DNA from: Balanoglossus misakiensis
Taxonomy: Eukaryota; Animalia; Hemichordata
Assembly (NCBI GenBank): GCA_040954595.2
Contig: CM082591.2
Coordinates: 2,565,258-2,629,257, forward strand
Direction: 5' to 3'
DNA length: 64,000 bases
The translations under genes were made by a program, and so were the position numbers. The notes under the pieces are model-generated. The model made no database searches. It saw only the letters and a list, made by a program, of their open reading frames with translations, and was not told the origin of the DNA. This document shows, piece by piece, positions 40,222 through 52,300 of the stretch. Every line of letters starts with the position of its first letter. The stretch's first letter is position 1.

Positions 40222-43200
40222 ATGTACACGTACTGCCTGACAGTCTGTGTGATTTTTATATTTGTCTGTTGCCATGGTTCAGAAAACACGGAACGGCGTC
40301 CGCATATTCTATTCATACTAGCCGATGACCTTGGTAAGTTTGCATTTTATACACGGATATATTTTCTAATAATATTAGCAGGTGCAATTTATAGTCTAGG
40401 TTACTGACTCTTATTTCAAATGTCGTATTTCTGTTACTGATTAAAAAAAAGTAAATGTCGATTATTAGCCGACGCACAGTATTTTTCTTTGTCTGTTAAT
40501 GGAGATATGAGGGCAACAAAGATTTTCTATTTCAGGATGGAATGACATTGGATACAACAATCCTGTCGTCCTCACACCATCACTGGATGATCTGGCCAGC
40601 AAAGGCGTCATCTTCACGCAGGCCTATGCGTTGCAATCATGTTCACCGTATGTAGCTCATTTGATATACTTTTGGCCGTCTGCATGTTAATGCATGGTCT
40701 TGTATTAATACCAAATCAGTATGAGTTGATTTTTCAAAGCTTCTTCATTATTTTAATTCTTCAGTTCAAGGGCGTCTTTGATGACTGGGTATTTCGCCTA
40801 TCGCACTGGCTTCCAGGTATGTATAAGATTAAGAGCTTGTCTATTAAGTGAATTGGCTATTTCAGATTCTGCGACGGTGAAGAGAGATAGAAATTATTAT
40901 TTTGTTTGTCGGTTTTGTTCACAGCATGATGTTGCAGTAAAGAATAGACCAACTGGTCTGCCGTTACGGTTCACATTACTTCCAGAGAAATTGAAAGAGC
41001 AAGGATATCACACGTACATCGTCGGAAAGTAAGTTATTTATGACTGTTTACTATGGTACTGAGAGACCATCTGTTAACCAAATAAACAGACCTTTTGTAG
41101 AATATTGTTGAAATTTTAAGTAGCAAACGTTTGAATATGGCGAGAGACAATACTTAGCTGCGACCTGAAAGATTGCAACTATATTTGAAAAACAGAGTAC
41201 TGTTACTAAAGGGACAAAGTCGACGTTGCCAATAATTCTTTGCACTGATTGTTTCACAGATGGCACCTCGGTTCCTGTAACGAAGATTACACACCGAACA
41301 GACGTGGTTTTGACCATTTCTATGGTTTCTATAGTGCCTATGAGAACTACTTCACTCATGTTTTGGGTTAGTATAACAATTATATATTCATCATCGTCGT
41401 CGTCGTCATCACCATTTCCACCCCCACCAGAAACACCAACACCTATAAAATACCTATTTATTCAATTCTTTTCAGATGACACTGGATTTCTAGACTTACA
41501 TGAAGACTTCACACCAGACTGGAGTCAAGATGGTGTTTATTCAACGGTATGTGCCTCTGACGTCTTCACTTACTGATTTGTTGCGTTCTCTTTAACGTCA
41601 CTTATTTTGCCTATTTCTTACATATAGTTCGAATAAAATCCTTTCATTCCGATTTTGAACATTAATTGTTTCTGTTTTTCGCTTATTCCTCTGTATTATT
41701 ATTGCAGTACTTATTCAGTGACAAGGTTGTCGAATACGTCAAAATACATGACAAGAGTAAACCCATGTTCATGTACTTTTCGCTCCAAAGTGTACATGGA
41801 CCAATACAGGTAAGTTGAGAAAAACCTCTAGCCGAATATCTTGAAAGTAGGAAATTTGTCCCAAATTAAGCTTAATTTATAAGCCAGTGCTTGTTTTTAA
41901 AGGACATGTTTTCAGGAAATTGCAATGCTTCAATGTAAAAGCTTTTGTTATTTGATTGATTGATTGATTGATTTTGCAGGCACCTCAGGAGTATCTTGAC
42001 ATGTATTTACATGTTAACCACACCGGACGAAGAACAAAGCTCGGTAACAATTAATTCCCCATTTCATCAACTGATTAATGTCTCTCTTGCATCACCAATC
42101 AGTCACTCTATTTTCTGTACATCACACAACATGTTCCAGTCATTATTGAGGGGTTTTCTTCATTCATTTCAGCAATGGTAACAGCTATGGACGACGCTGT
42201 GGCGAAAGTGGTTAATGCTTTCAAGGAATACGGATTATGGAGCAACACTTTACTGATATTCATGTCAGATGTAAGTATATTCAGCTTTCAAAGTGGTGTT
42301 AATATTTTGTAAAATCTTATAAATATGCTTGGTACTTGCAATCTGTCCTTTTATTACTGACAGAGTATAATACACAAAATGACTTATAATTTTAGTAGAA
42401 CACAGATCTGTCTCACAGTACTCTCTCAGTGTCTAATACATAGTGGGCATCTTTCTCACAGAATGGTGGTCCTGCTAACTTTGACACTTTTGGCAGCAAT
42501 TGGCCCTTGCGTGGTTCCAAGAAAACATTGTGGGAAGGCGGTACTAGAGTTCCCACATTTGTATACAGTCATCTGTTAGAGAAAACTGGCTACGTCAACG
42601 ACGAGTGAGTACATAAACATGGCCGGAGGTGGTTTTCTGAACTACACGTGCGGCTTTTCGTCGTCGACATAGTTTCCAAAGTTGAATTTATGACATGAAC
42701 GCATGCTCGATTTTTTTTAAAGCTTAAGATTTAGTCATATCAGATCGCTGTAATGTCTGTTTGCACAGCTTACCTTCTATATTTAACTGTTCATTGTTTC
42801 GTGTATACATCTACTTTCACAAATGGTGACAACGTTTTGTAATTTACTCAACAGTTTGCTCCACATCGTTGACTGGTTTCCGACATTAGTTCACGTGGCT
42901 GGCGGGGAGACAGGTAAATATCAACTGAGATGTTATCATGTGTTTTGTGTCCTTTATCACATGATATCCTATAGAAAATACATAGCCACGTGAAATCTCG
43001 AAGGATCGGTGGATTTCGAGGATGGTCTATTTATGAACTACTGGGACCGCACAGCCTTCAATCACATATTTCTCGCTTACGGCATTTCAGACCCTGATAT
43101 GGACGGACTCAATCTGTGGGATACACTATCAAAGGGTGACCCTTCACCGCGAACAGAATTTGTTTACAATATAGATATATTACCAAGCATCCCGCACCAA

Positions 43201-44044
43201 GCCATCAGGTAAGAGGTAGTTTCCATGCTCAAACTACTGACGGATTTGTATGGCAGCCATAATTGACAGACACACACACAATAAATGTTCCATTATACCC
43301 ATATTTTGTATTCTACCTTAGGGTTGGTGACTACAAACTTATATACGGACAAGCTGGTAGTCCAAGTAAGCTAAAGTGTTACTAAATTCTCATTTGTCTT
43401 TGCGAACGAGAAAAATGAACATTCCACAAGTGTTTAAAATATTTTGAAACCAGTCGTGATGCTCAAACATTGTGGTTATCGATTAAAGTGCATGAACCAA
43501 ATGAAAACACTACAGAGCAAAAAAAATATTAATTTTCATGTTTGTTCTCTCCATTCCAGGCGATTGGATTCCCCCTCCAGAAAATTGCTTTTGTAAACGA
43601 AATGATCAATACATTGGTAACAGACGTTTTCTTGGTCATTACACCTGGCTGTACCATATTCGTAGTAAGGATATTTTAATTTTTATGTATGTTTATGTGT
43701 GTATGTATGTATGTATGTATGTATGTATGTATGTATGTATGTATGTATGTATGTATGTATGTATGTATGTATGTATGTATGTATGTATGTATGTATGTAT
43801 GTATGTATGTATGTATGTATGTATGTATGTATGTACAATCATTACTATATGCGTTTTTCTTTTCTCAGACGATCCCACTGAACGTATCGAACTCAGTGAT
43901 GAGATGCCAGAAAAAGTTAAGGAAATGGTAGCAAGGTTAAACGAGTATAAAAAGAAGGCTGTTCCCCCGATAGATCTGCCAAATCTTAAAGGAGCGTGGT
44001 CACCCAAAAACTTTGGAAATGTCCACTCGCCCGGTTGGTGCTAA
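40222..44044 (+). CDS. Arylsulfatase (ARSB/I/J-like), copy 3, about 488 aa, 15 exons, signal peptide
   Basis: Exons 40222-40333, 40536-40647, 40765-40816, 40925-41028, 41260-41366, 41476-41546, 41708-41809, 41980-42043, 42173-42270, 42462-42604, 42855-42913, 43091-43208, 43322-43365, 43560-43664, 43869-44044. Motifs [42 protein letters not shown]. Confidence 0.95.
43701..43835. repeat. (GTAT)n microsatellite in arylsulfatase 3 intron 14
   Basis: Perfect tetramer array; source of the MYVC/HTYI spurious ORFs. Confidence 0.97.
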
Positions 44045-46384
44045 AGAACATTGGACTTGTATGAATCTTTGTATGGATACGCCCCGTTCAGTATTATGGC
44101 AGGCATATTGTGTGTACTACACCAGCGTTGCAGGTGGAGCTACCTTTGCATCTATGCAAATACTGTGCAAGTTTTTTACACACCTTTCAGACTTTACATT
44201 TTTCACAATTATCACGCAGTAAATACTCTTCTTTGATTTCTCAGTCTCGGGCGACGAGAGATTCACCAGTTTTGCATCTTTTTTGCTCTCTCTTTCGAAG
44301 CAGACGTTGTTAAATATGCAAATCGAGCGCATGAATGAACAGTATCGTTGTACGCATGCGCCAACATAACTTCTGACGACCAACAACATTGCGTAAAATC
44401 AACATTTCTACACTTTTACGAGAAAAACACCGTTTTTATAAAAATTCAACAATAATTTTACATGAGATGCCCCGCTAACGATAGACAAGTATATTGCAAA
44501 CCAGAAAAATGTGTCTAAATGCTCAAGAGGATGCTGGTCATTCGATAATTTCAGAAAACGGTAAGATGCATACATGTAATGTAATGTACTGCGACCAGTC
44601 GTTCATTGCACATATGATTTAATGTAAATCGTTTATTTGCAGTGTATTAAAATAGTCCATTCAAATTCGCCCAATATTTGTTTTATAATCAGTATGATAC
44701 TTTCTTGACGATATTTGGGGAAAATGTGGAAACTTGAATCGAAATGGGAGAGGTACACACGGTCACACAAATGATGATGATTGATTGCAATATGTAAATT
44801 TCCGGATGTTGGCAAGTTTCAGTCGCTCATACAGAGCAACATCGTGTAAATATTTTATAAATAGCACTGAAGCTGTGTCTAGATTTAGAATGCCCGCAGG
44901 CTGGTGGTGATACACACGTGTTCTGATAAAGCCTGTGTATATTTGAGCAATCATTTCACAGCCTGACACAGTGTGGTTCATCAAAATGACACACATGCAC
45001 TCAAGTTATAGTACGGGTCGTCAGCTCGACTATACGAAAGACCTAATTTCCCTACACGTACATGTGCTATGATTCTGCTTTCGTATGCATAAAGAATGTG
45101 GATCAAACTGGGTAACAGTTTTCAGTGTTTTTTCAGTTTTATACTGGTCTTGTAGTTTGTCAAACTTATTATTATTCAAAGAAAACTTATACAAGTTTAC
45201 CTTTCCAAGGAAACCTATCTATTGTATGTTACTGTAGTCATTTGCCTTGAGAAGTGTTATCATATTGAAAGTGCGGCACCTCATTGTATTGTACTGATTT
45301 TGTTTGTCTTTGTAACTGACCATGTAAATGTGATTTTTGACTTTGGCATATTGATGGGTACAATTGCAATTATTGGTCAACAATTGGGAACTTCATACAT
45401 ATATCAGATAACAATACACCATTGTAATATTTGTTCTTTTTAATTGTATTTATTTATTTGTGTCGATTCTATGTTTGCAAATTACTGTAATAAATGTTTA
45501 CCTCCATAGTTAAGCACCATTGATCAATCAATCAATCAATCAATCTATACATATCTGATATCAGTTTTATACAAATCTAGTACATTTTTTCTGAAATATT
45601 AAGAATGGAAATAGCCATATAAATACTGTACATTTGTACATTATTATACAATGTTTCTGTTCCAAGTTTTGCACAGTAAAAGATTTGCAAACAAAGTAAG
45701 ATAACTTTTTACATAACAAATTTTCTTTGATATCATACTCGTAGATCAACAATTTTAAAATAATTAAAAGGTTTGAAAATCTTCTCAATGCAAAAAAACA
45801 GTAAAGAAAACCACTGCAAGGCACTGATTGGTTGTAGCGGTATCACATGACATGCTTATTATTATCGAAATTTACATACTTCCACAGGGAATATTATCAA
45901 GGGCAAAATATTGAATAATACCATATGATATTTGTTTGAAACAAAGCAAAATCTGAGGAAAATCAATGAACAGATGTTGACTTTCCAAGTTTGGACCATC
46001 ATAAATTTATGTAATATCTACAAAAGGGATAAATATGGCACCCTTACTTCAGAATGATAAATCTGGTTCTTTTATATCCGGCCCCGAAGATTGAGTGGAG
46101 CGCCAGCATGTATCATAAATATAGAACACATGTGAACACATAAATAAAGAACACATGCATTGTAATGTATTATTACATATGACAAATTTTCCATCTATTT
46201 GGACAGATGTTCTCAAACTTACAGATAAAATATGCAAGGCATATGAACAAGTACAAAAATAGCACTTTTCAATTGAATTTAAAATTTTGGTTTCACCAAT
46301 AACTTCCCACACTTTAATAATTCACAAATATCATCAATTGATAAAAGATTATTATTTGTGGATACACAAATTACTTAAATTATT

Positions 46385-49300
46385 CTATAGTTCTGTAGTT
46401 GGAGTCCCTCTTCTCTGCAATCTATTTAATTCCTCGCGTATCACTCTGATGAGAGGTTGCGGATTTTCTCCCGTCTTGACCGAGCGAGCGACATCCATTT
46501 CATCGTAGTCCTCCCCTTTTGGTTTGCCAGCCGTCCTCTCAAGTTTCGCACTGGACAGCATATCGAGTTCCACCTGCTCTCGTGGAGTTTTCGTCTCAGG
46601 CGGTTCCTCCCTCGGCGTGGAGTTACCCAGAGACCAGTTCAACTTCAACGGTTGGTCTTTTTTGTGGGTTTCTTCCAGGGTTTTGATGGCGCCGTTTTCC
46701 AGAGTATCCATGAACGCTGGCTGTGCCCACTGCGTGCCCATTTCCAGGCTCTCACTCATCTGTCCACTGGAAAACTCCCCTGTGTTGCCCCCCATGGATG
46801 TGTCCTGTGGTTTGTCAACAGGTGCGCTCCCTGTCTTGTTCCTCCGCGAGGCAAGCAACTGGCTGATTGTCAAGGGTCTGGTATATGAGTTGTCTTGAAA
46901 CTGCACTTTATTGTTGGGTGTTTTGTTGTTAGCGTCTTTGTCAGGCACATGGTTCTTGGTTTTGTCTGGCGCTTCCGGACGAGGCGTCTCAGAAATCTGT
47001 AGAGTGAGCTCGGCGCCTGTGTCAGGGTACTTCAAGGTGATCGGTTTGGGTTCATTCTTGCTTGGACCCGACGACTGGAAGAAAGAAACAAGATGGTGTG
47101 CAAATGACAATTTATGGTTCAACATTTTATTTCCCTGGCAGTAGGTGCCATCTTGTGTAGGTTTGGACACAGTCACTCCACACAGCTTTTACTGTAAAAC
47201 AATACGGTGGCCGAGCATTCTCACATGCTGCACCGAAACTGTGGAACTCTCTGCCACAAGACATTCGTCAAGCTCCAAGTTTGAGTATCTTTAAGAAAAG
47301 ACTGAAGACGCATTATTTCGCAAGAGCATATGGTGTGGGCCAATGAGCACAAGCGCCTTTGAGTATGACACTTGTTATAGATACTGGCGCTATACAAATT
47401 TCTCTGATTGATTGAATACTGTGACATGACTTACAGATGTTTTCTTGGAAGTCATCTTGTCGATTTCATCAAACGCATCATAAGTACTCCATACCACCCC
47501 TCCTCCATTGTCAGGTACCTTGGTAACAGGTACGATCAATATCTTTGGTCCTTCTCTCTTTGTGACGCTGTAATGAATTCAGATGAGACACTCATTTAAC
47601 CGTTTCATCCCCACTTCCATCTTTACAGGTCCAACCTTACCATAGAAAACAGTGGATTTGGACAATGGTGGTGAAAGGGTTAAAGAAGATTTGCTCGCGA
47701 GAATAACCCGTTTTACAGTATGTCTTTGTAAGTAAATTTTTAATATTGACTTACAGTTCATTCTCAGCTTTATGCACCTGTTTTGGAAAAATAAAAAGAG
47801 AACAGAACATAAAGATGGTTCATGAAAAATAATGCCAACACATGCAAGCGCGTGGACTGATGGACAAACAGACAGGCAGTTAGACTGACAAGCAGATGGC
47901 ATGGCCAGAATGTTAGGTAGCTAGATAAAGAGACAGACAGGCCATGCAGTTTGGCATGCAGAAAAGCAAACAAATGACTGAAGTAGAGAGAGAGAGAGAG
48001 CTTGTGGACGTGGTTGATGATGGACGGACTATAAGTGAAATCTCATGCATTCATATTAACACCACACCAATAAAATCAAACCTCCAAAAAACATGGATTG
48101 ATGCATTTATACTTGAAATTATCTTGACGACGGATTAATAAACTTCAGTGAGCGCGTGAGTACCTGTGAGGGGTCGGTCGGCTCAACGTGAATTAGTGAA
48201 TGGTGCGGTGCATTATCTGCTGTGAGGTCAGATTTATCTGCAAGCGGGAAAGCGTCGTCAAGGAGAGCGTGCAAGCGTTTCTGGGTTTCACTGACTGGCT
48301 CCTGGGAATTTTCATCATCTTCCTGTAGTCAAAAAATATCACAAGTGCAGTGATGAGGGGAAAAAATCAAACACAAAGAAACAAGTCCTGTATTTTTGAC
48401 AAATACAACATGTACTTCATTGGTTGAATATGCACTGGTCTTCAAGTCTTAGTAAAGCACTTCAATTCATATGAAATGTGTTCATTATAATCATGTTTTC
48501 CAATTAAGCACCTTATAATGGGAATATTTTGCTTGACTTCACACTATGTAATTTGTAATTACTAGTGGTACAGTGGTGACTTAATTACCTTGTCAGGTGC
48601 TGGTGGTCCTGCTACATGGGTTTCTGGTAGTGTCTCTCTAGTCATTCTATGTAAAGTGAATAGAAAATACATGAAGTTACCAAAAGAACAGTGGCTGTAA
48701 GTTTTGACAACAATGTAAAGATTAGGTTGGTTAGACCCAGAATTTGTACACACCATGGTTAACACAAGACAATGTGTGACTTACTTCTCATCCACAATTT
48801 CTGGACCAACAGTTTTTTTCCGGCGCTTTTTCTTCTTTTCTTTCTTCTTGCCTGCGTTTGGATCTCCTTTCTGGAAAAAAATCACAATCAGGATTCAGGA
48901 ATTACCTAAGTTACCATTGCTCACACTCACATTGGTTTAACCAGCTAGTGTATCTGTAACTAACTCACCTTTGCTGGCTCCTGATTGGTTAAATCGTCAG
49001 GTAACTTAGCAACATGACCCTGAGTCCCTCCCAATGGTGGCAATGCTCTGCCATGTCTCCTACCAGTGCCCTCATTCTCCATGTTGACTGAAGAGTCGGT
49101 CTCAGACACTGCGTACTCATCATCGATTCTTCTGTGTGGGAGAATTACAAAAAACAGAACAATTACACACACTGAAGTTGATCTGATAACGTATGCATAA
49201 CATATACAGTTGCATGGCCCTTTAAGTAATATCCTTATACACTAAAATCTGTTTATAGTGGCCAGTCAAGGGACTTTCCTAAACTGGTCTTTATAGACAG

Positions 49301-52300
49301 GTGGCCTTTATGGACAGGTCAATTAATGTACATGTTAATTACCCAGGGTCTGTAACAAAGTGGCCACTACATGTATATAGAGGTGGCCACTCACACAGAT
49401 ATGACTTGATTTAAAGAGAATGTTATCAATCAGCACTTACTTCAATGGAGGCTGTGTAAGGCCGCCATCAAGATCATTCTCCAGATGGAAAGCAGTTTTT
49501 GTAGTCACTGTTCCATCCACTATGACCACTCCATTGTTATCTACTCCGTTCTTTGCCACGTCGTATCCATGAGGTGTGTTTCCAGGCTGATATGGTCTGT
49601 ACGGATACTGGGAAAGGGGAATGCAGAAAGTGCATGGTAAATGACAAGGAAAAAGAATAAAGAAATGGTTTCGGAAGTTATGGAATAAGGCAGTATAACT
49701 ACATTAAAAACGTTACATACTCATAGTGTTGAAACTTCTCTCAATGTATCTTTTCATGAAAGTTTTATTACCAATATCCCTTTCTGAAAGGTCAGTTGTA
49801 TTTATTTATCATGTGCGGCAGCCTAAACACTGACTCCTACCTTCTGTTTAAAATGTATAATCTTTAGCGTATCTGGATCAATATCTGTATCCCTCTTCTT
49901 CTGCATCAGCATACAACAACAACAACAGACGCAGAGGAAAATGATGAAGAAAGGTACCAGAACCGCGGCGATGATCCAGAGGTTGCTAGACGACGCTGGA
50001 GGTGCCACTGTGGTTGGATTCATCATCCCATTGTACGCTGTAAAGGATAAAAGACGATTTACGAAACGAAGCTACCAGTTTTCTTTTTCGTCATCTCATC
50101 AAAAGTTCAGGTAATGTGTCTGCCATCAGATAGGAAAAAAATTCCATAAAACAATTGTCTCACAGGCCGCTGATTGCCTTAAGCGCTTGTGCGTAATTTC
50201 GTGCATTTGCGTAATTTCGTGTGTACAAACATAACATCATTATTTGACTGGATTGGTGGTATATAATATGATTTGATTCATCACTCACATTTGATCTCTG
50301 TTTCAACGGGATAATTCAAAAACACGGTCAATTCTTGCAGAGTCAGTCTGCCGTAGACTGCTGCTGAGGTATAGGAATCGACTTTTGTGTACTTGGTCCC
50401 GCCTTCTGTGACATAAAACACAACTCGGACACTGGTGGGTGTGGTGACATCCCTAATTTGATCTATCATCTACGACATTATGAGAAAAAAATTATGATGT
50501 AAATAAAAAGGACATAACATTTGATACATGACAGGGCAAATACAATTTCAAATTTCATCACTTCGCAACTCCCGGAGTTGACGCGAGATGTGGTTTGAGC
50601 GCCCCCTTAAGACTAGGTTTGGTAACACTTTGTTTTTCTGTGCATTTGTACGAAGCACAACATATGTGTAATATGAATTTATTCTTTTGAGATGTTAGCA
50701 TGTAATGTGTTGAAAACCTCATAGAACAGTAAAATAACTATTAAACTTCAAACGTATTTTGTATCATTTGGCAATTATTAAACAAGTAAATTTTATCATA
50801 ATTGAAAATATACCTGTACTGTGTAACTTCCGTGAGAAGTTGCTCTTTTCTTCCGTCTGTCTATCACCAACGGATTGATGTCTGGATCCAGCTGTGCTAA
50901 CAGTTGCTGGATTTCCCGGTTTTCCTGAGACTCCCTTCGTTTTCCCTCGTTGTACGCTTCCGCGAAGCCTTGCTCCAGTTCAATGATGAATAGTACATCT
51001 TTAAGGTCTTGGCTTGTAGGAACTGTCAGTACTGGGGAAACCAAAGAAATATTGTAGGTAAAATTGGGCTGGTTAGGTTATTGGTACCATACAACTATTT
51101 ATAGGAATTTGATTTTTCACAGTAGTGATAAGTACAGTACCACATAAGAAGAGACTCACAAATTTGAATTGTGTGCAGAAGATGTGTGAGGATGAATTAA
51201 CCTTACCTGTGGCTAACCAGTAATTCTGTGTCAACAGTCCCTTTTCCAGAGTCCAGTATTGGATTCCCGGAGTGGTGCTTGGAATGGTCGTGGTGGGTTT
51301 CCGCGTCGTCGTGGCTGCGCGGGTCGTCCCTGGCAACAGAGTTGAACTCATGATGGGAATTGGGAGTGAAGGAGTTGGAGATATCAACTCTGAGGACAAG
51401 GTCAATGAACTCTGGCTTGAAAGTGCAGGTGTTAGTCCGGGAATGATAGAAGTACTGGTTCCTACATCTAAACTTGCATTTGAAGTGAGTGATGCACCCG
51501 GCGGAAAAGATGAAGCTATTTGCACCAGAGTTTCTGAAGCTGTAAGCATCGGAGCAAGACTTTCGGTAGGTATTACAGGTAGCGGGGGCGAGTTTGAGCT
51601 TGAGAAAGTACTGCGGTGTGATGATAGCGGAGTGCTGAAGGTAGACTCGCTCGGCATGAGAGTATCTGTGGCAGAAATGAAATTAGTTGTTTGCAGAACA
51701 CCTGGTGAGCTTGAATCTTGAGTGATTGATGATTGGATGAGCGAGAGAAAGCTGCTTTCTGATTGGCTGACACCGTCACCTACACCCATGCTTATGTGAA
51801 CTCTTAGATCAACTGGTATACTTGTTAAGGATGCACTGCTTTTTAAGGAGATGTCTGATTGGTTGACTGTGGGGTTGTGCTGTTGGTATGTGCTGTAACT
51901 GCCAATGAGATTGCTGGTTTCTGTGCTTGCAGAGAATTCGTCAAAAGCTTGAGGTGTCGAAGACACGGAAGGTGTTTCTAACAAGCTAGGTGTTGGCATG
52001 GCGATGCTTGGTGTTGACATGTTGCTGTTTAGTGATGGCATAGCAATGGTTGGCATGGTGATGCTTGGTGATGGCATAGCAATGCTTGATGTTGGCGTGA
52101 TGATGATGCTGGTTTGTGAAGTTGTTGCTGTGGTGATGATTGCTTCAATGTGTGATGGTGCAATAGGCAGTGCAGTGCCTTGCAGTGATATGCTAGTTCT
52201 TGCAAATGATTCGGATGCATGCACGGTTGATATCTGTGAGATTGTGCTCAGAGCTGGTCCAAACAGACCAGTGGAATGCGAGTTTGTATATCTGTTTGAG

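Noticed and set aside
43538-44044. 168 aa ORF and overlapping MYVC/HTYI-repeat ORFs as a novel repeat protein
   Set aside because: Arylsulfatase exons 14 and 15 read through an intron containing (GTAT)n; consensus splice sites and paralogue exon sizes exclude the repeat.
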